In this document: in pieces, positions 24,769 to 34,061 of the stretch | Layout of the letters: each line of letters begins with the position of its first letter | Numbering within the stretch: the first letter of the stretch is position 1 | Assembly (NCBI GenBank): GCA_964602915.1 | Contig: CAZRTB010000001.1 | Span: 598,417 to 662,416, forward strand | From: an uncultured Gammaproteobacteria bacterium | GTDB lineage: Bacteria; Cyanobacteriota; Vampirovibrionia; 2-02-FULL-35-15 | Direction of reading: 5' to 3' | DNA length: 64,000 nt | Notes under the pieces: generated by a model | Database searches by the model: none | What the model saw: only the letters and a program-made list of their open reading frames with translations | Told to the model about the DNA's origin: nothing | Program-made: the position numbers and the translations under genes

Positions 24769-26239
24769 AAAGCTTATTTTTGTTTTAGGTTTTATTTTAG
24801 TTTTTTATATTTGGGTTGGAGGAACAGCAAGCTCTGGCTTTAATCCCGATAGAAATATTTATAACTACTATAATATGCTTACAGATGGTTTCCTTGGTGG
24901 AAAATTACATTTATTAGTTCAACCAAGACCAGAAATATTAAGATTAAATAACCCATATGATTTTGAAACAGTAAATAAATATAGTAAGTTTTACTTATGG
25001 GACACTTGCTTTTATCATAGAAAATATTACATTTACAACAGTATTGTGCCGATTGTTTTTGTTTATCTTCCCTATAAATTTCTTTTTAAGATTGGTATCT
25101 CAGATTATTTAGTGACAACAATTTTTATGTTTTTAGGTTTAGTTTTTACTGTTTTAACCTTAAAGAAAATATGGAATAAGTATTTTAATCATTTACCAGA
25201 ATGGATTTTTCTACTATGTGTTCTTACTTTAGGGTTTTCTAACATTGCCCCGCATATGCTTAGGAGGCTTGCTCAGTACCAGGTAGCTATTTCTTCCGGG
25301 TACTTTTTTTTAAATGCAAGTATTTTCTTTTTATATAAAGCCTCTTCAGAGGTTAAAAATATTTCTAGAAATTTATTAATAGCAAGTTTTTTATTTGGAC
25401 TTTCAGTTTTATCTAGATTTGATTTAATTTTTGGTATAGCTATTTTCTTTTTAGTATGGAAAAAAATATCAGACAAAAAATCGTCACTGCTATATTTAGG
25501 ACAATTATTAATACCAATGCTAATGTGCTTTGTATTTCAGGGTTTATATAATTATCTTAGATTTGATGACTTCTTAGAGTTTGGAAGCAAGTATCATCTT
25601 GGACTTAAATCTAAATGGCTTTTTGGTTTCGATTATATAGTCACAGGATTATATTTATATCTGGTTAATAATTTATATATTACTTCAGAGTTTCCATTTG
25701 TTTATTGTGCAAGCTTTTTCCCACCATATTTAAAAATCCCAAAACTCTCATATATAGAAAGAACAACAGGAATTTTTACTACAGTACCTAATTCTATCTT
25801 TTTTATTGCTCATTATGGAATCATAGGCTTTTTTAATAAACCTTTTTCAGAAAAGCTAAAGAAAAACTTTCCAAAGTTTGAGTTTAATCTCTTTTTTCTC
25901 CCGGGAATTACCATTTTATTGGTACTTGCTATGTTAAATATGTTTAGTATGAGGTATTCTACTGACTTTACGACCCTTCTCCTGAGTGCTTCATTCATTA
26001 TTTTTTTTCAATTATACTCACTACTATTTCAGGATAAAAAGAAATTAAAAATCATAAATTATATTTTTATAGCATTTTCACTTATTAGTATTTATAATGG
26101 ATTTGCATTTAGTGTTATTGGCTGTGAAATAGAAGTCGCAAAATATGGACTTCTGGCACACAATCCCGAACAATATTATTTTTTAAAAAATCTGTTTGAG
26201 CCAGTATCAAAAATTATTTTTAAATTACTTGGAAGGTAA
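24752..26239 (+). CDS. polytopic membrane protein, possible GT-C-type glycosyltransferase or glycan-processing membrane protein
   Basis: 495 aa with about 12 predicted hydrophobic spans and large Tyr/Phe-rich loops. It is adjacent to the glycosyltransferase and methyltransferase cluster. The start overlaps the preA stop by 17 nt. Confidence 0.35.
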   Translation: MIKENKKLIFVLGFILVFYIWVGGTASSGFNPDRNIYNYYNMLTDGFLGGKLHLLVQPRPEILRLNNPYDFETVNKYSKFYLWDTCFYHRKYYIYNSIVPIVFVYLPYKFLFKIGISDYLVTTIFMFLGLVFTVLTLKKIWNKYFNHLPEWIFLLCVLTLGFSNIAPHMLRRLAQYQVAISSGYFFLNASIFFLYKASSEVKNISRNLLIASFLFGLSVLSRFDLIFGIAIFFLVWKKISDKKSSLLYLGQLLIPMLMCFVFQGLYNYLRFDDFLEFGSKYHLGLKSKWLFGFDYIVTGLYLYLVNNLYITSEFPFVYCASFFPPYLKIPKLSYIERTTGIFTTVPNSIFFIAHYGIIGFFNKPFSEKLKKNFPKFEFNLFFLPGITILLVLAMLNMFSMRYSTDFTTLLLSASFIIFFQLYSLLFQDKKKLKIINYIFIAFSLISIYNGFAFSVIGCEIEVAKYGLLAHNPEQYYFLKNLFEPVSKIIFKLLGR

Positions 26240-27361
26240 GCACTTTTTAAAAGCTTCATAGTATTTATTACTACACTCATCCCAGCTCCATTTATTTTTT
26301 GCAAATGTTGAGACTTTTGATCTTCTACTTTCCAATAAATCGGGATTTTTACTTAAATCCTCTATTATTTCACTCCAGTCATTTATATTATTAACATCTT
26401 TAAAAAAAACATAATCTTTAATTTCAGGACAAGCATTCATAGTCTCTGTACTAATTAAAGCTGGTGTACCACAGGCCATTGACTCCTGGACTACAAGAGG
26501 AAATCCTTCTCCTTTACTGGGTAAAATGAGTAAGTCAGTACACTGATAATATTTTACTAAGTCATTATAAGGGACTTTCCCCACTACCTTTACATTTTTA
26601 AGATTCCAGGAAAGAGGATTAATTATCCCCCACCCTATAATTACCCATTCTATATCTTTGAACTTTTCAGCAAGTCTTTTTATAATACCTAATCCCTTTT
26701 TTTCTACAAATCTACCTATGAATAGAAAAACTTTTTTTTCACAAGAAATCTTTAAATTCTCTCTGCATTTTAATCTTTCTTCTTTACTAATAGGTTTGAA
26801 AATTGAACTGTCAACTCCATGCTCTATCCATAGAGGAGGATTTTTAAATTTTACAATTTTTGAAAAATAAGATTTTTGATTTTTACTATAGAAAACTACA
26901 TAATCAGCCTTACTTAACATGAATCTTCCAAGGGTATTGTTTAATAGTGAGTGAAGCATCTTTAAGAATATATTTTTAAATGGAATCAGACCTATATGCT
27001 GAGTAATTACTAGAGGCTTTTTTTTAATCTTGCTAATTATAAAAGCAATTATGCTACCTGGATAAATAAAATCATGAATGTGAATGACATCAATATTTTT
27101 AGAAGAATTCCAAATCTTAATTACTGAAGCTATTCCCCATAGAGGGTAGGGTATTCCGATTGAATCTTCAAAGATATTATTTACTTTTACTGGTATATAA
27201 GTAATTTCTTTAAATCTATCTTTAGAAGGATTAATTTCACTAGAAACCCAAACGATTTCTGCTTTATGATTTAGATTTAAATATTTTGCTATTTTATCTG
27301 CAACAATTTCAACACCACTTAAGTGTTCAGGATAATAATGAGTAATTAAAAGAATCTTCAT
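26225..27361 (-). CDS. glycosyltransferase, GT-B fold (GT4 family)
   Basis: The C-terminal half has LPSKGEGFPLVVQESMACGTPAL, the E-x7-E donor-binding motif of GT4. Confidence 0.85.
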   Translation of the reverse strand: MKILLITHYYPEHLSGVEIVADKIAKYLNLNHKAEIVWVSSEINPSKDRFKEITYIPVKVNNIFEDSIGIPYPLWGIASVIKIWNSSKNIDVIHIHDFIYPGSIIAFIISKIKKKPLVITQHIGLIPFKNIFLKMLHSLLNNTLGRFMLSKADYVVFYSKNQKSYFSKIVKFKNPPLWIEHGVDSSIFKPISKEERLKCRENLKISCEKKVFLFIGRFVEKKGLGIIKRLAEKFKDIEWVIIGWGIINPLSWNLKNVKVVGKVPYNDLVKYYQCTDLLILPSKGEGFPLVVQESMACGTPALISTETMNACPEIKDYVFFKDVNNINDWSEIIEDLSKNPDLLESRRSKVSTFAKNKWSWDECSNKYYEAFKKCLPSK

Positions 27362-27365
27362 TGTA

Positions 27366-28061
27366 TTATTTCTGAAAATAAACAGCAGTACTATCTATTT
27401 TCTTTAAATCAAGCTTTATTTTTTTTTCAAATTCAAAATCGTGTACAGCTTTTTTACACCCTTCCCAGTAGCCGTAATCATCTATAACAATAAATCCACC
27501 TTTTTCTACCTTATCATATAAGTTATCTAAACAGATTTTTACTGAACTATACCAGTCTGCATCTATATGTAATAAAGATATCTTATTTTCAGAAGTAGCA
27601 AATCTTGGTATGGTTTTTTCAAAGTCTCCTTCTATTAATTGTATATTTTGATTAGTTTTAGCTACTTTTTTTAATAGCTTAAAAACCTTTTCTTTAGTAC
27701 CTTTATAATTTCCGACATATTTCAGAGCTTTTTTTCCATCTACTTTTTCTGGTTTTGGAAGTCCGGAAAACGAATCAAAAAGAAAAAGAGTTCTACCCAA
27801 TAATGATTTGGAAGAGGCTTCTGCTAAAATTGCTGAAGAGCCGCCATTATAAACACCACATTCAACAACATCACCTATAATATTCTCTTTGTCCAATTGA
27901 AAAACAAGTTCTCTAAGTTTTTTTAACCTTCCAGCAGTTAATGTTGTATATGGTAACGCTGATTTATAGGGCTCAGAGAGAAATAAGGCTTTAATTCTGT
28001 TAATAAACTCTTCTACCTTTTCTCTATAGGGAAAATATTGCATAAATTTATTTATAAGCAA
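27366..28061 (-). CDS. TylF/MycF-family SAM-dependent O-methyltransferase
   Basis: GDVVECGVYNGGS (SAM motif I) and LLHIDADWYSSV...GGFIVIDDYG, the TylF-type metal/SAM signature. Confidence 0.7.
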   Translation of the reverse strand: MLINKFMQYFPYREKVEEFINRIKALFLSEPYKSALPYTTLTAGRLKKLRELVFQLDKENIIGDVVECGVYNGGSSAILAEASSKSLLGRTLFLFDSFSGLPKPEKVDGKKALKYVGNYKGTKEKVFKLLKKVAKTNQNIQLIEGDFEKTIPRFATSENKISLLHIDADWYSSVKICLDNLYDKVEKGGFIVIDDYGYWEGCKKAVHDFEFEKKIKLDLKKIDSTAVYFQK

Positions 28062-28758
28062 CTACTATATATACACAGGCATTTGTATCTGTTATTGATT
28101 TTGGAGTGATTTGATCTTCGACTAAGATTAAAAGATTTAAAATGCATGTTATGGGTAGTAAAACTAATGACCCTAAAACACCAAACTTATTTAAGATATT
28201 ATAAAAACCAAATAGAAAATATTGTGTAGTTAATGATAAAGGACCCATTAATGGGTATACTTTTTTAATCTTAAATCCTGAAGATTCTACTTCTTTTATT
28301 AATCCTTCTTTTGTCCATCTTCTATAATCTGTTGGGTGTGGATGATAAGGCCATACGCCGTGTGTTGAGAGAATTAACCAACCATCTTTTTTAAGAATTT
28401 TATAGCAGTTCTCTAAATATTTATTTACGTTCCAAACATGTTCTAATACTTGAAAGGAAGCCACTCCATTTGCATAACCATCAGATACAGGTATATTTTC
28501 ATCTGCTTTAATTTTATAATCAGCCTCATCTGTTATATCAGACTTTATATATCTGCAATTATATTTAATAAAAAGCTTTTCATAGGGTGAATATCCACAA
28601 CCATAATCAAAAATAATGTCTTCTGAACCTATTTTAATATCTGAATTAATAATATTAACTATTGCATTTTTTAAACAAGTTAAAACGTACCACTGATGAT
28701 CCCAAAATCTGGGATTTAATCTTAACTCGCCCTTATTTTTTTCTTCTAAAGAATTCAC
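28048..28758 (-). CDS. class I SAM-dependent methyltransferase
   Basis: IIFDYGCGYSPY motif I and post-I acidic residue (IKSD). The C-terminus is hydrophobic. Confidence 0.65.
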   Translation of the reverse strand: MNSLEEKNKGELRLNPRFWDHQWYVLTCLKNAIVNIINSDIKIGSEDIIFDYGCGYSPYEKLFIKYNCRYIKSDITDEADYKIKADENIPVSDGYANGVASFQVLEHVWNVNKYLENCYKILKKDGWLILSTHGVWPYHPHPTDYRRWTKEGLIKEVESSGFKIKKVYPLMGPLSLTTQYFLFGFYNILNKFGVLGSLVLLPITCILNLLILVEDQITPKSITDTNACVYIVVAYK

Positions 28759-28788
28759 TACTATAAATTTACCAAGTAAAGAACAAAT

Positions 28789-29649
28789 TTATGTCAACAA
28801 TAACTTTTTAAACCTATTTAACAAAGAAGATTTTTTATAACCCTTTAATATCTCAATATTTTCTATTTCACAAATATTATTTTTTGAGCTTAAAAAATTA
28901 TAGTCTCTCCAGTCATATGCTAATTCCCCATTAATTGAAATGCATATGTATTTTCTTGGATCTAATTTTGAAAACGCACTAAAAAACATCTTTGTAATAA
29001 AAGAATAAATTTTATCAAATCTCCACTCTTTAATTCTTCTTTTAAGCTCTATAGAAATATTATTTTCCCCTTCTATATAGTCATTAAATTCATTTGCACA
29101 ATCTGAAAATGTTACGATGTGAATATGATCAAATAACTTGTGATTCTTTAATAAATTAATTAGATTTTCTTTTGCTTTTGTAAAATTCTCAGTCTGTGTA
29201 TTTTTTTTATAATCACTTTCATTAGTATAAAACATTGAATACCATATATTTTTAAGTCCTGCTTTTTGAAGACTAATTAATCTTTCGGGTGTAAGTAATA
29301 CCCCATTAGTAGCAATCCAGATTTCAACATTATTAATTCCTGATATTGATGATATGTAATTCTCTAAATCTTTATAGATTAAAGGTTCACCTAAAACATG
29401 AAAGAAAATCTTAAATTTTATCTTTGGAAATGAAAGTAGAAACTCTTTTACTTTTCTTATTACTTTTTCATTTATAAAACCAGTCCTGTTTAATTTATCA
29501 ATAGGACAAAAAATACATTTATTATTACATTGAGCAGTGACTTCAGAATAAATCGTAATAGTAGAAAATTCTTTTAGATATCTGTTTAGTGATAAAGCAA
29601 AAAATGACATTTTAATCCTATTAATTATTTCTTTTCCATAATCCAACAA
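28789..29649 (-). CDS. radical SAM enzyme
   Basis: CNNKCIFCP is a CX3CX2C motif near the N-terminus. GEPL and NGVLL motifs are also present. Confidence 0.7.
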   Translation of the reverse strand: MLDYGKEIINRIKMSFFALSLNRYLKEFSTITIYSEVTAQCNNKCIFCPIDKLNRTGFINEKVIRKVKEFLLSFPKIKFKIFFHVLGEPLIYKDLENYISSISGINNVEIWIATNGVLLTPERLISLQKAGLKNIWYSMFYTNESDYKKNTQTENFTKAKENLINLLKNHKLFDHIHIVTFSDCANEFNDYIEGENNISIELKRRIKEWRFDKIYSFITKMFFSAFSKLDPRKYICISINGELAYDWRDYNFLSSKNNICEIENIEILKGYKKSSLLNRFKKLLLT

Positions 29650-30208
29650 ACTGTAAATGATTGCTTATATAGCCTAAAATTCCTGTGTGACATTTGGCTG
29701 GCTGAATTAGTTTTACAAGTGAAAAACCTTCTTTTTCTATAACAGGAAACCATTTAAAATTCTTCTGGTAATGATTTAATAAGCTAATAGTATATTCTCT
29801 GTTCCCGATTAAATCAAGAACATTCAATAAAGCTTTTTCAGGTAGAGTATTGTAATTATGATCTTTGATTAGTAAATAATTTTTTGTACACCTAAGAAGG
29901 TCTTTTAATGTACTCTCTGAATTATTGCAGTGGTGTAAAACATCAATGCTGAATGTTATATCAAACTCTCTAGTGTTAAATGGAAGCGACCCTCCGTTAT
30001 AAATTAAAATTTCATGATTTGTGTTTTTTCTTTTGTATACATCTATAGCTGTTATAGATTTTACAAGATTTAATTTTTTAATTTCATTTGAAAACCAACC
30101 ATCTCCACTACCAAAATCAAGCATTTTTTCAAATACTCCAAGATCTTTAATACAACTAGTGATTAAATTTAAAATGTGCTTTTGATATGATTTTAAATCA
30201 TTATCCAT
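29621..30208 (-). CDS. class I SAM-dependent methyltransferase
   Basis: KMLDFGSGDGWFS motif I and the acidic residue in TAIDV. Confidence 0.65.
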   Translation of the reverse strand: MDNDLKSYQKHILNLITSCIKDLGVFEKMLDFGSGDGWFSNEIKKLNLVKSITAIDVYKRKNTNHEILIYNGGSLPFNTREFDITFSIDVLHHCNNSESTLKDLLRCTKNYLLIKDHNYNTLPEKALLNVLDLIGNREYTISLLNHYQKNFKWFPVIEKEGFSLVKLIQPAKCHTGILGYISNHLQFVGLWKRNN

Positions 30209-31427
30209 TTTTGTGACGCTTTGATAGTCCTAACATGCTGGCAAAAAATCCGAAAAGCAGAGTTTGAAATCCTATTACACAAAAAGTTGTTCCAGTTGTT
30301 AACAATTCAATTCTTAAATTCTGATCAGTATGAAAATTAGAGTTAAACAAATAAAATAAATAAGACAGTGAAATCATGCCGACTAAAAGAGATAAAAGGC
30401 TGATTATAAGAGTTCTTTCTAGGTTGAACACTTTGAAAAAGAGTTTCATAAAACTATCAATAGGAAGAATACTTTCATTTACAGCATAGCCTTTTGCTAA
30501 AATTGCAAAAACGATAGCTTGATAACCAGATAAAATTAAAAAACTAGATACTTGAAATAATATTAATATCTGTTCTATATTAAAGTCGCTTTTTGTTGAG
30601 GTAAAACCATAGATAAGTCCAATCATTCCTGTGAGAAATAACATAAACCCAGGATATAAAAAGAGCCAGTTTGGACTATATATTAAAAGAAAACGCAAAG
30701 TTCTCCACCCATCTTTAAAAGTATTTAAATGCGGCTTTTTATTTTTTCTTCCATCTTTGTGTAATGTGATAGGGATTTCAGTAATTTTTGCATTAATGAA
30801 ACTTGGTTTAACTACTAGCTCTATTGCAAATTCCATTCCAGCACAAACAAGATTTAATTTTTTATAAAGGTCATTTGTAAAACCTCTTAACCCGCAAAGA
30901 GCATCATTAATGGGGATTTTAAACCATACTCTTGTTAAAAATGAAAAGAGCGGATTTCCAACCCATCTGTGAAGGAATGGCATTGCAGAGGGTAAAGTCT
31001 TTCCGCCTCCAGCAGGAAGCCTGCATCCTAAAACTAAATCATAGCCATTTTGTAGCTTGTTTAAAAAATTTGGGATTTCACTGAAATCATAACTCCCATC
31101 AGCATCACCCATAATAATATATTTTCCTTTTGCTGATTCAATGCCACCCATTAAGGCTTGTCCGTATCCTTTTTTTTCTATCGTAATAACTTTTGCCCCT
31201 AGTGATTCTGCTATTTTAGGAGAATCGTCATCACTATTATTATCAGCAACAATAACTTCACCTTTAATATGATGCTTTTCAAAAGTATCCTTTATCTTTT
31301 CTATGCAAAAACCTATTGTATCTGCTTCATTTAAGCAGGGAATAACTACAGATACTTCTAAATCAACATTACTCATTTCATTATATTTTGCCACAAATAT
31401 GTTTTTTAGAGGAGAAATATAAATCAA
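30201..31427 (-). CDS. GT2 polyprenyl-phosphate glycosyltransferase (Dpm1/GtrB/ArnC-like) with C-terminal membrane domain
   Basis: VSVVIPCLNEADTI...VADNNSDDDS...IIMGDADGSYD (GT-A DXD). The C-terminal 150 aa contains about 4 TM helices. Confidence 0.8.
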   Translation of the reverse strand: MIYISPLKNIFVAKYNEMSNVDLEVSVVIPCLNEADTIGFCIEKIKDTFEKHHIKGEVIVADNNSDDDSPKIAESLGAKVITIEKKGYGQALMGGIESAKGKYIIMGDADGSYDFSEIPNFLNKLQNGYDLVLGCRLPAGGGKTLPSAMPFLHRWVGNPLFSFLTRVWFKIPINDALCGLRGFTNDLYKKLNLVCAGMEFAIELVVKPSFINAKITEIPITLHKDGRKNKKPHLNTFKDGWRTLRFLLIYSPNWLFLYPGFMLFLTGMIGLIYGFTSTKSDFNIEQILILFQVSSFLILSGYQAIVFAILAKGYAVNESILPIDSFMKLFFKVFNLERTLIISLLSLLVGMISLSYLFYLFNSNFHTDQNLRIELLTTGTTFCVIGFQTLLFGFFASMLGLSKRHKNG

Positions 31428-31456
31428 TAAGAAACTATTTATGTATAATTAAGCTT

Positions 31457-32671
31457 ATGGAACATTTCGATGTAATTGTATGTGGTGCAGGTCCTTCTGG
31501 AAGCTCGTCTGCAAAAACATTAGCTGAAAATGGATTAAAAGTTCTACTTTTAGAAAAAGAAAAACTTCCCAGACGTAAAACCTGTGGTGGTGGAATGCCT
31601 ATTGCTATAACTGAGTTTTTAAAAAATGTAGAGCCTTCTGCATTTGTAGAATCAGAAGTAACTTATATGAGACATACATTGAACTATAAAGACCCTATCT
31701 TAGTGCCTATAAATCAGGATTCTTCAACAAAAACCATAAAACTTTTTATGGTTCAAAGATCTATTTTTGATAATGCTATTGCAGTTTCTGCTTGTAAAGC
31801 AGGAGCAATTCTTAAGGATGATTTAGCATTGACCTTATTGGAAATTGAAAATGGAAAAGTTAAAATAAAAGCAAAATCAAAAAATGATACCTCTTATGAA
31901 GCAAGTGCTGATTATATTATTGGTGCTGATGGTGCAAATGGACAAGTTGCTAAGTTTGTAGGTCTAAGAAAAGAAAAGATAATGGCTTTTGCTCTTGAAA
32001 TTGAACATCCGTATGAATGGAAAGAAAACAGCGAGTTCTTAAGGAAAGATGTTTTACATTTAGAATATGGTGTTCCAGGTGGATATGCATGGATTTTCCC
32101 TAAAAAAGATCATTTAAATGTCGGAGCAGGTATATTTTCTCCATTTACAAAAGAAATAGCAAATATAAAAAATCCAAAAGAACTATTACAAGATTCAATC
32201 TTAAAATACTTAGAGATGTTTAAAATTTCTTATAACAAAGAAAGTATGCACTTTTATGGACATCCTTTACCTATTTGGAATGGAAAACAGAATCTGCATA
32301 CAAAAGATGAAAAAGTAATATTAGTAGGAGATTCTGCAGGTTTAATAAATCCATTATTTGGTGATGGAATCTTACATGCTGTTAAAAGTGGAATAATAGC
32401 GGGAGAATGCATTATAAATAAAGATGTAAAGAATTACACGAGGATTATACATGAAGAATTCGGGATAAATTTTGACAGTGCAAGAAGACTTGCACCGATT
32501 TTTTGTAAGTTTGTTAATCCTGTCTACAATCACGTTGTGAAAAGACCTACCGCTACAAGGGTTGCGGCTGAACTTTTAAGTGGGGATTTAACATTTACAA
32601 GTGTTGCAGATAGGACAATTCAAAGATTAAGCACATTAATCCCAGGACTAAATTATTTAGTTAAGTCTTAA
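31457..32671 (+). CDS. FAD-dependent oxidoreductase, geranylgeranyl reductase family
   Basis: MEHFDVIVCGAGPSGSSSAKTLAENGLKVLLLEKEK is a Rossmann FAD fold and RRKTCGGGMP matches the GGR-family motif. The ORF track starts at 31388, which would overlap the divergent GT2 start; the Met at 31457 immediately precedes the dinucleotide fold. Confidence 0.6.
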   Translation: MEHFDVIVCGAGPSGSSSAKTLAENGLKVLLLEKEKLPRRKTCGGGMPIAITEFLKNVEPSAFVESEVTYMRHTLNYKDPILVPINQDSSTKTIKLFMVQRSIFDNAIAVSACKAGAILKDDLALTLLEIENGKVKIKAKSKNDTSYEASADYIIGADGANGQVAKFVGLRKEKIMAFALEIEHPYEWKENSEFLRKDVLHLEYGVPGGYAWIFPKKDHLNVGAGIFSPFTKEIANIKNPKELLQDSILKYLEMFKISYNKESMHFYGHPLPIWNGKQNLHTKDEKVILVGDSAGLINPLFGDGILHAVKSGIIAGECIINKDVKNYTRIIHEEFGINFDSARRLAPIFCKFVNPVYNHVVKRPTATRVAAELLSGDLTFTSVADRTIQRLSTLIPGLNYLVKS

Positions 32672-32756
32672 CTTTATTAAGTGATCTTTATATAACACTT
32701 AAAGATTTTGTTACTTTGGGCAAATCTTAACCATAGAGATTTAAGTTATTTATAGA

Positions 32757-32960
32757 TTGGGAGGTTTTATGAGTTTCAATACACAAACAAAACTAGATTT
32801 AATTACAGCAGAAACACCAGGTGAACTTTTAAGTAACGTCAAGTCCCATTTAGAAAAAGAAAAATTAAAACCAGTTTCCATGAATGTGGTGAAAGAACAT
32901 AATAGTTTTTGTGCTCTTGTTGTTAGTGAACCAAAATTTAATAGCGAGTATATAGGATAA
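32757..32960 (+). CDS. small hypothetical protein (67 aa)
   Basis: GGGAGG SD lies 5 nt upstream of the ATG. No recognisable motif. Confidence 0.4.
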   Translation: MGGFMSFNTQTKLDLITAETPGELLSNVKSHLEKEKLKPVSMNVVKEHNSFCALVVSEPKFNSEYIG

Positions 32961-32996
32961 ATACTAGAGAAATCTTTTACACGTTATAATATCCTT

Positions 32997-34061
32997 GTGT
33001 CAGTTTTTGATAAAATTAAAGTAAAAAAAATAATAAGTTTTGCTAGTGATAATTACTCAGGAGTTCACCCTGACATTATGAATGCTATTGTTGAGGCTAA
33101 TGCTGGGCAGGCAAGAGCATACGGAGAAGATGATTATACTCTGATATCAGATGAGATCTTTAAAAAACATTTTGGAAAAAATATAGAAGTTTATTATGTT
33201 TTCAATGGTACTGCAGCAAATGTTTTAGGCTTGAAAGCTATTACGGAATCCTTCCATTCTATTATATGTGCGGAAACAGCACATATAAATGGAGATGAGT
33301 GTGGTGCTCCTGAAAGATTTACTGGTTGTAAGCTTTTAACAATTCCATCGCAAGATGGAAAAATTACTGTTGAGCAGATAAAAAAGTATCTCTATCATCT
33401 GGGAAATCATCATAGAAATCAGCCAAAAGTAATTTCAATTACTCAGCCCACAGAATATGGAACATTATATTCTCCTAGTGAAATAAGAAAAATAGCAGAT
33501 TATGCACATGAAAATAATTTATTTCTTCATATGGATGGAGCGAGGTTATCTAATGCTTCATCTGCACTGAATTTATCCCTGAAAGAAATTACTAAAGATG
33601 TAGGTGTAGATGTTTTATCTTTTGGTGGAACTAAAAATGGCATTATGAGTGGTGAGACTGTGATATTTTTTGATATGCCAGATATAGGATACAACTTTAA
33701 ATTTATTAGAAAGCAGGGAATGCAGTTAGTCTCAAAAATGAGATATATTTCTGCTCAGTTTATAGCATTCTTGTCTAATGATTTATGGTTAAAAAATGCA
33801 ACTCATGCAAATCAGATGGCAAGGCTGTTAGAAGAAAAACTTAAAACTATTCCAGCCATTAAAATTACTCAAAAAGTAGAAACAAATTCAGTCTTTGCAA
33901 TAATGCCAGAGAAAGTTATCCCAATAGCACAAGAAAAATACCCATTCTATATGTGGAATCCTGAGATTTCTGAGGTTAGATTTATGACTTCTTTTGATAC
34001 AGAAAAGCAGGATATAGAAAATTTTGTGAATGATTTAAAAGGTTTTTTAGCCGGCTTTTGA
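32997..34061 (+). CDS. ltaE: PLP-dependent low-specificity threonine aldolase family (beta-eliminating lyase fold)
   Basis: SFASDNYSGVHPDIMNAIVEANAG N-terminus, the ...HMDGARL.NA region, and the Schiff-base Lys in FGGTKNG. Confidence 0.7.
   Translation: MSVFDKIKVKKIISFASDNYSGVHPDIMNAIVEANAGQARAYGEDDYTLISDEIFKKHFGKNIEVYYVFNGTAANVLGLKAITESFHSIICAETAHINGDECGAPERFTGCKLLTIPSQDGKITVEQIKKYLYHLGNHHRNQPKVISITQPTEYGTLYSPSEIRKIADYAHENNLFLHMDGARLSNASSALNLSLKEITKDVGVDVLSFGGTKNGIMSGETVIFFDMPDIGYNFKFIRKQGMQLVSKMRYISAQFIAFLSNDLWLKNATHANQMARLLEEKLKTIPAIKITQKVETNSVFAIMPEKVIPIAQEKYPFYMWNPEISEVRFMTSFDTEKQDIENFVNDLKGFLAGF

Noticed and set aside
31388-31456. N-terminal 23-codon extension of the FAD reductase ORF in the track
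   Set aside because: It would overlap the divergent GT2 gene start by 40 nt. The Met at 31457 directly precedes the GxGxxG fold, as in family members.
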